Below, piece after piece: positions 9,185 to 17,776 of a stretch of 64,000 bases of DNA. The first letter of the stretch is position 1, and every line of letters begins with the position of its first letter. The notes beneath the pieces are model-generated. The model was not told where the DNA came from and did not search any database. It saw only the letters and a program-made list of their open reading frames with translations. The DNA lies in the IMG/VR virus record IMGVR_UViG_3300017991_000077, positions 1-64,000 of that record, one strand, 5' to 3'. The position numbers were made by a program, and so were the translations under genes. This stretch comes from a virus.

Positions 9185-9967
9185 ATGGCAACTGAAGGCA
9201 AAACTGCAGTAAACACATCAGGTACGGAAGATGCGGGTGATGGAGTCCAGCAGCCGTCAGGCACGTCCTCAGTACAAACATCGGAACCAAAAGAATCAGT
9301 AAATCAAGGAACAACCCCAGAAAAGAAGTCTTTTGACGAAGACGCGGTTGCAGAAAAAATCAAGAAAGCTCGAGCTGACGAGAAAAGCAAAGTCTATAGC
9401 AAACTTGACGAAATGAAGCAGGCCGAGACTAAAAGCCAGACCAAGATAGCCGAGTTGGAGAAAGCATTAGCGGATACACAGTCTGATTTAGACAACATCC
9501 GTAAAGGTAAAGCTTCCGAGTTGGAGTCGATCGCCCAGGAGTTAGCGAAACAGCGAGAGACGAACGAAAAGTTGAATAAGGCCATCGAGCAGGTAGCCTC
9601 AGATTCGGCGGATCGTATTCGCGAGTCAGATTTGAAAGCCTATCGAGAAAAAGTTCTTCGTGAGAACAAGATTCAGTTTACAGAACAGATCGTCGGAGAT
9701 TCCGAGGAAGCTATTGACGAGGCTGTGAAGAAGACACTCGAAAAGGAAGAGAAGATTCGGGAAGAGTTGAGAAAAGAAGTCAGAAAAGAAGTAGCAGATA
9801 CTCTACCGGAACCCCTTTCTTTAGATGGGCAGCACGGTCGAGGTCCGACACCGCACGTTTCGGCCTCGAATCGAGAAGCCATTGCGAGTCTCAAAGGCGA
9901 AGCCTGGGTAAAAGAACGGAAGCGGTTGCTGGAAGAAGCTAAACAAAAGGCCGGTTTTACTACGTAG
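9185..9967 (+). CDS. capsid scaffolding protein
   Basis: Acidic coiled coil (ARADEKSKVY...) immediately upstream of the major capsid gene. Confidence 0.8.
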   Translation: MATEGKTAVNTSGTEDAGDGVQQPSGTSSVQTSEPKESVNQGTTPEKKSFDEDAVAEKIKKARADEKSKVYSKLDEMKQAETKSQTKIAELEKALADTQSDLDNIRKGKASELESIAQELAKQRETNEKLNKAIEQVASDSADRIRESDLKAYREKVLRENKIQFTEQIVGDSEEAIDEAVKKTLEKEEKIREELRKEVRKEVADTLPEPLSLDGQHGRGPTPHVSASNREAIASLKGEAWVKERKRLLEEAKQKAGFTT

Positions 9968-9995
9968 TCGGCCATAACTTTGAAGGAGAAGTTAG

Positions 9996-10958
9996 ATGGC
10001 AGCCTATTCAGGTGTAGCAACAGCGGGGGATTTTGTCGCCCTTTCACAAGCAATCCTAGATGTATACTCCACGGATATCTTGCATGAGGCCCTGGCTATC
10101 ATGCGGTTCGAGGAGTTCGGAGTCAAAAAGACTGAACTAGGGAAATCTCCGGGTCAGACAATAACGATGACTCGGTACAACAATATCACCCGTGGCGGAC
10201 AGCTCGATGAGCAGACCGAAATGGATGAGAAGAACATGTCAGCCGCTCAGCACTCTGTGACGGTAACTGAGTATGGAAATGCTATCGGTGTTTCTGAAAA
10301 GTTGCTTCAGATGTCTTTCGATGATCAGATGGCAGAAGCGGCAATCTTGCTCGGGCGAGATTATGCCATCGTGAACGATCTCATGTGTCGAGACGTCGTC
10401 GCGGGCGCAACCCAGGTTCTGTACGCAGGCGCTCAGACTGCACGTGCAGATCTGATCGGCGGAACAGACTATTTCGACGTAGAACTTCTCAGGCTGGGTG
10501 TCGAGATTCTCCAGACCAAAAACGCTCCCAAGTTCAACGGCGATTTCTACGTCTGTTTTGTGCATCCACATCAGGCTGCATATCTCAAGAGAGACCCCGA
10601 TTGGGTATCGGCCAACAACTACGCGAATACTCGTGCACTGTTCACAGGCGAGCTTGGACGGTGGGAAGACGTCATTTTCATCAGTACTACGCATTGCCGG
10701 AACGGTGCGGCGGCAGCCACAGATGCAGGTTATCTGGCAGCACTCGTTAACGCAGCAACAGGTGGCGCAACCAATGCTGACGTATACGAAGCTCTCTTGT
10801 TTGCAGACAGTGCTTGGGGCAAAGCCACGGGTCTGCCGGTAGAGATGAGAGACAACGGTGTTCGCGACTACGGTCGTAAACACGGGTTGGCTTGGTATGG
10901 TATCCAGGGTGCGGGTATCCTCGAAGACGATTTCATCGTTAGGCTTGAGACAGTCTAG
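9996..10958 (+). CDS. major capsid protein (N4-gp56-like, HK97 fold)
   Basis: PGQTITMTRYNN, VTVTEYGNAIGVSE, FVHPHQ, GELGRWEDV, DYGRKHGLAWYGI motifs. Confidence 0.92.
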   Translation: MAAYSGVATAGDFVALSQAILDVYSTDILHEALAIMRFEEFGVKKTELGKSPGQTITMTRYNNITRGGQLDEQTEMDEKNMSAAQHSVTVTEYGNAIGVSEKLLQMSFDDQMAEAAILLGRDYAIVNDLMCRDVVAGATQVLYAGAQTARADLIGGTDYFDVELLRLGVEILQTKNAPKFNGDFYVCFVHPHQAAYLKRDPDWVSANNYANTRALFTGELGRWEDVIFISTTHCRNGAAAATDAGYLAALVNAATGGATNADVYEALLFADSAWGKATGLPVEMRDNGVRDYGRKHGLAWYGIQGAGILEDDFIVRLETV

Positions 10959-11002
10959 AACACTTCAGTGTTCTGATACTTTGTAGTGCCAAGGAGATAG
11001 TT

Positions 11003-11308
11003 ATGGCGGCGCAGAAAATGAAAAAACAAAGCAGAAAGCCAAAGAAAAAAGGCGTCGAAACAAAAGCACCCAGGCCGGAAGAGATTCCTGAGCTTAAGCC
11101 CAATCTTAAGGTGGTTGAAGACCAGGAAGATTTGAAAGAGGTTCGTCGTGCGGTTCCAACGTCAGATGTATTGTCGCACGAGACAACCATGGCTCTGAAA
11201 ACTTGTAGTAAGTACATTGCCGGATGGCGGTATTTAAAAAAAGGCGTACTTTTCACTGCTCCGAAAGAAGTCATCGAAGTTCTTCGGGGTGCTGGGTACG
11301 TAGAGTAG
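11003..11308 (+). CDS. hypothetical head-associated protein
   Basis: AAGGAG RBS; lies between capsid and neck genes. Confidence 0.65.
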   Translation: MAAQKMKKQSRKPKKKGVETKAPRPEEIPELKPNLKVVEDQEDLKEVRRAVPTSDVLSHETTMALKTCSKYIAGWRYLKKGVLFTAPKEVIEVLRGAGYVE

Positions 11309-11317
11309 GCAGGTAGT

Positions 11318-12076
11318 GTGGCAACTGAAGCACAAGTCATTCGTCAGGTTAGGCGTCGGGTAGCCGATTACAAGGAGACTACGATCTATGAAGACGAGTA
11401 TTATCAAGACGCGATCAGTTTTGCTCTGGGAAAACTGGGAACAGATTTAGGTACTACCTACGCTACAGTTCCTTCTGTAGAAGTAGGTTATGTTTACCTT
11501 TTAGTCTTGGTGGCTTCAGTTGACGTCTGCTACATGCGAGCCGCAGACGATGCCTCCGATGAAGAGGACTTAGGAGATATATCCTCCATTTCGGTTCCAG
11601 ATCTTTCTATTTCAAGTTCCACCGATAGCGATACCCAAGATGCAGCTAGCTGGTTGGATCTCGCTGAGCGGTATCAACGACAGTACGATGACGGTATTTC
11701 TCAAGCAGGCGGGGCGGCATTAGCAGCCACGATACAGGAAAGTACTCTCAATCGTACTTCGTTGACTACCGGAGGTTTGGCTAACAGAAAACTAGACCCC
11801 GGGTTGGACGCAGTAACTGTGGCCGCTTCAGTATCCGGATCTACGGTGACGCTTACATGGGATACTCTCTACAGTAATCACTTCAAGTATTACGAGGTAT
11901 ACCGGTCTCAGAGTGCTACGATGGCAGGTGAAGAACGAATTAAGATAATCGACGACAACCATACCGTAACTATGGACGATGAAAACCTGGTTGCTGGCAC
12001 CTATTACTACAGAGTCAAAACAGTCAATCCGAATGATTTGAAAACGGATAGCAATATTGTTTCGGCGGTAGTTTGA
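11318..12076 (+). CDS. head-tail adaptor with C-terminal fibronectin type III-like domain
   Basis: N-terminal VRRRVAD helical adaptor pattern; C-terminal VTLTW...YYEVYRS...YYYRVKTVN FN3 pattern. Confidence 0.7.
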   Translation: MATEAQVIRQVRRRVADYKETTIYEDEYYQDAISFALGKLGTDLGTTYATVPSVEVGYVYLLVLVASVDVCYMRAADDASDEEDLGDISSISVPDLSISSSTDSDTQDAASWLDLAERYQRQYDDGISQAGGAALAATIQESTLNRTSLTTGGLANRKLDPGLDAVTVAASVSGSTVTLTWDTLYSNHFKYYEVYRSQSATMAGEERIKIIDDNHTVTMDDENLVAGTYYYRVKTVNPNDLKTDSNIVSAVV

Positions 12077-12495
12077 TGGTTACGGAAGCACAGGCAGAAC
12101 TGAAAGTCGATGCGACGATTACAAAGTACAAGTCGACCACAATCAGTTACTATCCGTACACTTCCGGTGCTACGGATGTCTACAAACAGAAAACCAAAGT
12201 CTTTGGATCTGCCGTAGCCCTGATAGGGCGGGCAATCCATCGCCCTACGCCAGAGATACTAACAGTAATCGGCAGTGGAGAAGAGTACGAGATTGCCTTT
12301 CTGTTTAGCCGAGTACAAATGGTCGCAAAATTTCCATCAGCCTTAGAAGGAGAATGGATAGATCCTTCGGGTCAGATGGAATGGAGAAATAGGAGATACA
12401 AAATCAAGAGAGTAGCTCCTTCGGGCCAGGTAGGAGAAAAATTCCTATTGATGATAGTTTTAGCTAACTCAATACCAGGGCAAAGAGACTCATGA
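12076..12495 (+). CDS. head closure / neck protein
   Basis: Beta-rich, ends WRNRRYKIKRV; synteny; ATG overlaps the previous stop. Confidence 0.6.
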   Translation: MVTEAQAELKVDATITKYKSTTISYYPYTSGATDVYKQKTKVFGSAVALIGRAIHRPTPEILTVIGSGEEYEIAFLFSRVQMVAKFPSALEGEWIDPSGQMEWRNRRYKIKRVAPSGQVGEKFLLMIVLANSIPGQRDS

Positions 12496-12980
12496 GAGTA
12501 GGAGTTTTTACAGGAGATTGGGAAGAAACTCGGATGAGGTTACGAGAGATCCGTCGTAAAAAAGTAGCCACCGCAGTAAATAAGGAATTGAGAAACCTAG
12601 GAAGAGCCACAGTCAAACTTATTAAGGAACACATCGACAAACAGGATTTAGATTGGATTCCTTTGAGTAGTTCGACAATCAATACTAAAGGACACGACAG
12701 TGTGTACCTAGAAACAGGGACTTTTAGAAATAGCATTAAGTATCGAATTCAGAGTCCGAGTGTTCAGGCTGCAATATTAGACATAAAGCCGGAAGGGGAT
12801 CACCCCTCTGGACTGCCTATAGAAGTGTTGTCTCGATACTTGGAATACGGAACTTCTAGGATTCCAGCTCGCCCCTTATGGCGACCCTCTTTTGAGGAAA
12901 TGAAAAGACTTCCAGAATTTGATGAATTGTTGGAGGCTTTGAGTAATTTAGGCATGGGTGCAGAGGTTAACATCGGATGA
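12492..12980 (+). CDS. neck / virion morphogenesis protein (HK97 gp10 / Mu gpG-like)
   Basis: W.PLS.STI..KG...LETG.FRNSI and LEYGTSRIPARPLWRP motifs. Confidence 0.8.
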   Translation: MRVGVFTGDWEETRMRLREIRRKKVATAVNKELRNLGRATVKLIKEHIDKQDLDWIPLSSSTINTKGHDSVYLETGTFRNSIKYRIQSPSVQAAILDIKPEGDHPSGLPIEVLSRYLEYGTSRIPARPLWRPSFEEMKRLPEFDELLEALSNLGMGAEVNIG

Positions 12981-13678
12981 GTATAGCAGTGGACATTGAG
13001 CACATAGATGCTGCATTGGCTGCGAAATATTCGGGGATAAATGTGTATGTCTCAGGAGTTTTGAAACCCGTAGAAGTCTTCATAGAAGAACCTAATATTG
13101 AGGAATATCCCGAAAGAATTTTCCCTTCTATATCTTTGAAATTTATGGGTTTATCCGAAGATGTAGATTCACTAGAGTCTTTAGACGACGAAGCAGAAGA
13201 AGTAGATTATGATGCAGTAAGTACTCCGAATGTTCGGTCGATGAGAGACCGGCCTGTACCTTGCAAGTTAATGTACTCAGTAGATACTTGGCATCGGGGT
13301 AAAGTAAGCGAGTCTCGTGATTTACTGCAGTATGCAGTATTACGAAAAACGCCACCCAGAAGTTATCTTACAGTTCAGAATATCGATGGAGAGAATGTAG
13401 ACCTATGGGTATTTTGGTCTGGAGGAATCGCGGGGAATGACGAGCGATTAGAAGATGAGGTGATTTACCACAAGACTTTGACTTTAGAGATTCCGGCGCA
13501 CATTACGAAGGTTGACTACGATGACGTTGAAGAGACAAAAGTTGCGATGGAACTTCATTGGAAGACTTATGTGGCGAAAACCATCATGGACCAGACAGGC
13601 ATACAGTGGGTTTCGGGAGCGGATGTCCTAGATCTAGGCATCAAGGTAACAGATACGACAGAGGAGCCGCTTCCATGA
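12977..13678 (+). CDS. tail terminator / sheath-capping protein
   Basis: FPSISL...P....MYSVD pattern; immediately upstream of the sheath gene. Confidence 0.6.
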   Translation: MSIAVDIEHIDAALAAKYSGINVYVSGVLKPVEVFIEEPNIEEYPERIFPSISLKFMGLSEDVDSLESLDDEAEEVDYDAVSTPNVRSMRDRPVPCKLMYSVDTWHRGKVSESRDLLQYAVLRKTPPRSYLTVQNIDGENVDLWVFWSGGIAGNDERLEDEVIYHKTLTLEIPAHITKVDYDDVEETKVAMELHWKTYVAKTIMDQTGIQWVSGADVLDLGIKVTDTTEEPLP

Positions 13679-13767
13679 TAAAAACAGAAAAATTTCCTCC
13701 TCGTCAGACTCGAATTGTCCTACTCGGGAGGAGGCTCAACGAGCGCAAGAGCGCGGAGGAGTGAAAT

Positions 13768-16224
13768 ATGCCAGTATATACTCGACCAGATACATATGCT
13801 GAAGAAGCAACCCAGCTTGAGGGACCGATTCGAGCCACGGCTTTAGGTTTTGGCGGAATGCAGGCGATCACCAAAAAAGGCCCCGCAGGAGTCCCAACAC
13901 GGACGCGGTCTTTTCAGGCATGGCAACGAATTTTTGGCGGAAGAGAGGCAGTAGCCCGAGGGGATGCTGCATACGAAGCCAAAGAATTTTTTGATGAAGG
14001 TGGTTTCGAGCTGATAACCATCCGTCAAGTTCACTATTCAGACCTCGACGACATTACGTCTTATACCGGTGGTGTTTCGTACAGCACCAGTATTACAGAC
14101 GGAGTGGCAGCAACTGCGGCAACGAAGGCTTGCGGGGCTGAGACCTATGAAATGGACCCTGGAGATGACATCGATTTAGACGTAGACAATGTAGGCGTAG
14201 CTACAGCTACTTTCGATGCGGCAGCCGGAACTGATACGGATACCACAGCGTATCCAGTAGCAGATCAAGACACCCTCACCGAAAAAGTCACTATTGACGG
14301 TGGGTCCGAACAGACTGTTACTTTTTCGGGAGTAACTACAACGGCCGCGAGTATGGCATCTCAGATGAATGCCCAGCTCATTGGGTGTTCGGTGGCAGAA
14401 GTTGGTGGTCAGGTAAAGATCACTTCAGATAGCAAAGGAACAGGGAGTTCAGTTGCCATCGGAACCGGTACTTGTGCGCTGACTTGGGCTGCAGCTGTAG
14501 CGGGAACGGGTGATGTAGCTGACATCAAGGCAGTTACTGCGGCAGAGATCAAAACGGTTATCGAAGCAGACACCACGGCAACAGTGGCAGTAAGTGGTGG
14601 GATTCCGACAATCAGTTCCCCAACGACGGGAGCCGCATCTGAGTTGGACTTTCAAAGCGGTACGGCACTTTCGGTTCTAGGACTTTCAGTAGAGGTCCTT
14701 ACAGGAACCGCGGCAGGTGCTACCTACAACACGCTCAAGCTCCACGCGGGATACAAGGGAGTGAAATCTCCAGGTGTGGATGGGAACAGTCTCAAGAAGA
14801 AGATAACCCAGAATCCAAAACACCCGACTTTAGGTGTTGGTAACGATCTTGCGGCAACAGCAACTGCGGCTGATACCACGATTCAATTGGTGACTACCAA
14901 AGGCATTAATGCGGGATCTGTCATCAAGATTTACGATGTTACCAACACAGAGTATTTCGAAGTTACCCAGGTTCGAACGGTGATTTCGGGAGCCGTGGTA
15001 ACTTTCTTCGCAGACATTGACGGAGCGCTTTCGAACACCTACACCACAGGAGCCGGTCAGGTAGCTTCTTGTGAATTCGACATCGAGGTATACGATGGGT
15101 TGGTACTAAAAGAAACTTTTAGCCAACTCTCGATGTTGGACACTGCAGACAACTACGTTGAGACCATTATCAACGACGAAAATCTTGGCTCGGAATACTT
15201 CGTGGCAGAGGACTTGGATGCTGCTTGCGGTATCGGAGCAGATCTTCCTGCAACCGATTCAGCTGCGGTATCTCTAGCCAGCGGAACTGATGAGACTTCG
15301 GGTCTTGTCGATGCAGATTGGGTTGGTACCCAGGTTGGAGGCACTGGACTTTACGGATGGGATTCCATTCGGGAATTTATGCCTTTCTGTACTGTAGGCA
15401 AGAATACCGTAGGCGTATTTCAAGCGGCGTTGGCTTATGCCGAAAGCCGAATGTTCATGGAATACATCGGTTTCGTCACTGCCGGATTGACCACAGCGCA
15501 AGCGGTGGCTTATCGGGAAAATACTCTGGGAGCCAGTTCTTCCTACGGGTGTTTGTATGCAGGCGGAATCAAAGTTTTCGATCCTATCGGAGCCGGTTCG
15601 AATCCTCAGCGTTCGATTTCAGGAGTAGGGGCTCTCATGGGATTGCGGGCGAGAGTCGACACCTTGCCAGATCCGAATGGCGGGCCGTGGCAGACTCCTG
15701 CAGGTGAAGGCGATTATGGCGTGTTGCGCGGGGCAACGGATGTTGTTACGGAGTATCGGGATTCTGATGCTGGAACGTTGAACGATGCCAGTATCAATGT
15801 CATTCGGAAATTCGGGAACACATCTCCAGTCACAGTCTGGGGTGGACGAACCCTAGATACAGCCGTCAATCTTCGGTTCCGGTATATCAATGTGCGGAGG
15901 TTCTTTCAGTATGCTCAGAAATCAATCGTCGATTCTACTCGATGGGGCGTGTTTAGGAATAACGATTTCCGTCTCTGGTCTTCATTGAAAGACCGAATCG
16001 ATACGTGGTTGGTTTCACTCATGCCACGTAGGGCTTTCCCAACGCCAGAAAAAGCGTTGGCTTTCTTTGTTTCTGTAGGCATCACCGATGGAGTGATGAC
16101 ACAGACCGACGTAGATAACGGTAAAGTTATCGGCCATATCGGTCTCGCACCGAACAAACCAGGTGAGTTTATCATCTTTATTTTCTCTCAATACGACAGT
16201 GGGTACGATGTAGCTGAGGCGTAG
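13768..16224 (+). CDS. contractile tail sheath protein with inserted domains
   Basis: N-terminal RPDTYAEE, KGP..VPT; C-terminal VWGGRTL, YINVRR, VFRNND..LW, GLAPNKPGEFIIF. Confidence 0.95.
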   Translation: MPVYTRPDTYAEEATQLEGPIRATALGFGGMQAITKKGPAGVPTRTRSFQAWQRIFGGREAVARGDAAYEAKEFFDEGGFELITIRQVHYSDLDDITSYTGGVSYSTSITDGVAATAATKACGAETYEMDPGDDIDLDVDNVGVATATFDAAAGTDTDTTAYPVADQDTLTEKVTIDGGSEQTVTFSGVTTTAASMASQMNAQLIGCSVAEVGGQVKITSDSKGTGSSVAIGTGTCALTWAAAVAGTGDVADIKAVTAAEIKTVIEADTTATVAVSGGIPTISSPTTGAASELDFQSGTALSVLGLSVEVLTGTAAGATYNTLKLHAGYKGVKSPGVDGNSLKKKITQNPKHPTLGVGNDLAATATAADTTIQLVTTKGINAGSVIKIYDVTNTEYFEVTQVRTVISGAVVTFFADIDGALSNTYTTGAGQVASCEFDIEVYDGLVLKETFSQLSMLDTADNYVETIINDENLGSEYFVAEDLDAACGIGADLPATDSAAVSLASGTDETSGLVDADWVGTQVGGTGLYGWDSIREFMPFCTVGKNTVGVFQAALAYAESRMFMEYIGFVTAGLTTAQAVAYRENTLGASSSYGCLYAGGIKVFDPIGAGSNPQRSISGVGALMGLRARVDTLPDPNGGPWQTPAGEGDYGVLRGATDVVTEYRDSDAGTLNDASINVIRKFGNTSPVTVWGGRTLDTAVNLRFRYINVRRFFQYAQKSIVDSTRWGVFRNNDFRLWSSLKDRIDTWLVSLMPRRAFPTPEKALAFFVSVGITDGVMTQTDVDNGKVIGHIGLAPNKPGEFIIFIFSQYDSGYDVAEA

Positions 16225-16241
16225 GCCGAAAGGAGAAATCA

Positions 16242-16697
16242 ATGGACCCATATCGCAATTTTAAGTTTGAAGTCGAGATCGAAGGCTTTGTTCGAGCCGG
16301 CTTTTCAAAGGTTTCCGGACTCAAACGAACCGTAGAGACGATCGAGTATCGGGAAGGTGGTGAAAACGAGACTCCCAGAAAACTTTCCGGCCAGGTAAGT
16401 TTCGACGATGTAGTCTTAGAACGAGGTGCTTCTACCGACAGCGATTTCATCACATGGAGCAATCAAATCTACGACGTAGACAACGTTGACGGTTCTCAAG
16501 GCGACAATGAAGAGTACCGGAAAACGGTTATCATCTATGCCAAAGACAAAGCCGGTACTCGAAAGATCAAGTGGACCATCTACAGAGCCTGGCCTAAAGA
16601 AGATGGTAACGGAGATCTCGATGCAAGCGCCAACGACGTACTGACCGAGACCTTGACTCTAGCCAACGAGGGTATCAAAAAAGAAAAACTCGCTTAA
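16242..16697 (+). CDS. tail tube protein (T4 gp19 / Afp1-like)
   Basis: DPYRNFKFEVEIEG...AGFSKVSGL...IEYREGG...KLSGQ..F..VVLERG...AWP...LDA.ANDV..ETLTLA. Confidence 0.95.
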   Translation: MDPYRNFKFEVEIEGFVRAGFSKVSGLKRTVETIEYREGGENETPRKLSGQVSFDDVVLERGASTDSDFITWSNQIYDVDNVDGSQGDNEEYRKTVIIYAKDKAGTRKIKWTIYRAWPKEDGNGDLDASANDVLTETLTLANEGIKKEKLA

Positions 16698-16764
16698 TAA
16701 AATAGACGTAATACAATAGTGATTAAGAAATAGTTACTAAAGAAGACATAACAGGAGAAACGAC

Positions 16765-17628
16765 ATGCAGGAAAAAACCTCCCAAGAGATAGAGCAATCC
16801 ACAGATTCTTGGCTAGGCGAGGCCGGAGAGACCGAAGACAAATCCTTTGTTCCCAGCGATCAAGTAACCCTTCCCGTAGGTGTCATAAAAGACGGACAGA
16901 ATTATCGGAATTTAGTGATAGATGAGATGTCCGGAATTGATGACCACCTAGTATCAGGGAAAAAATCGGGGAACAATGGAGCGAAGGCTCTTTCCTTGGT
17001 CATCTGTCGCAGTACTCAGGAAGTAGAAGGATTGCTTCCAAGAAAACAGGATTCAGAAAAACTGTTCGACCGAGAATTTGCTAGGCGCATGACGCAGCCC
17101 GACCGGGATTACTTGATCACTCGAATCTTTATGCTTTCAGGCAATAACCATGCGATCATGGCTGGGAGATGTCCCAGATGTGGTGACGTGTGGGAGGAAT
17201 CTGTTCTACTTTCGGATCTACCCGTAGTCTCGTGGCCCGAGGATAAGCCACGGGAGTTGGATTTTGAGTTGGAGGTAGGCTTCAAAGAAATGAAGAATGG
17301 GAAAGCAGTTTTCCACAAAAAAGGAAAGATTCGATTTCCAACAGGCAAAGAGCAAGAGTTGACGGGTCAGATGGATGACCAGGCGTCAATAATGGACGCC
17401 ATGATTGCGGCTTGTGTTACGAAGGTAGGAACCTTAGAACATATTGACCAAGAGCAGGCAAAACGATTGAAGAGACGAGATCGAGAACTTCTGATGTCCG
17501 TTATTCAGAACGAACTTCCAGGCTTAAAGCAGTGGAAAGATGTGAGGTGTAATTGTGGAAACACATTGCAGATCACTCTAGATCTCGCCTCTTTTTTCGG
17601 AGGTCGGCGGAGGAGAATGAAAAAATAA
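16765..17628 (+). CDS. tail/baseplate assembly chaperone (gp26-like, CxxC motifs)
   Basis: VTLPVG...MSG.D, DRDYLI, CPRC and C.CG motifs; lies between tube and tape measure. Confidence 0.75.
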   Translation: MQEKTSQEIEQSTDSWLGEAGETEDKSFVPSDQVTLPVGVIKDGQNYRNLVIDEMSGIDDHLVSGKKSGNNGAKALSLVICRSTQEVEGLLPRKQDSEKLFDREFARRMTQPDRDYLITRIFMLSGNNHAIMAGRCPRCGDVWEESVLLSDLPVVSWPEDKPRELDFELEVGFKEMKNGKAVFHKKGKIRFPTGKEQELTGQMDDQASIMDAMIAACVTKVGTLEHIDQEQAKRLKRRDRELLMSVIQNELPGLKQWKDVRCNCGNTLQITLDLASFFGGRRRRMKK

Positions 17629-17774
17629 TTGATGCGTTGTTCAGCCACATACATGCCATAGCTACAAGATATGGCTGGACCGAAGCAGAAATCCTTCGCC
17701 TTCCGAATTCACATAGAAACCAGTACATCGAGAGAATAAATACCGATGTACAGCGAGAGAATAAAGGGAGGTAG
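17592..17774 (+). CDS. second tail chaperone segment, probably made by -1 frameshift (DUF6760-like)
   Basis: AIATRYGWTEAEILRLP..HR motif in the -1 frame; slippery T TTT TTC at 17592-17598; no evident start or RBS of its own. Confidence 0.65.
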   Translation, partial: FFRRSAEENEKIIDALFSHIHAIATRYGWTEAEILRLPNSHRNQYIERINTDVQRENKGR

Positions 17775-17776
17775 AG

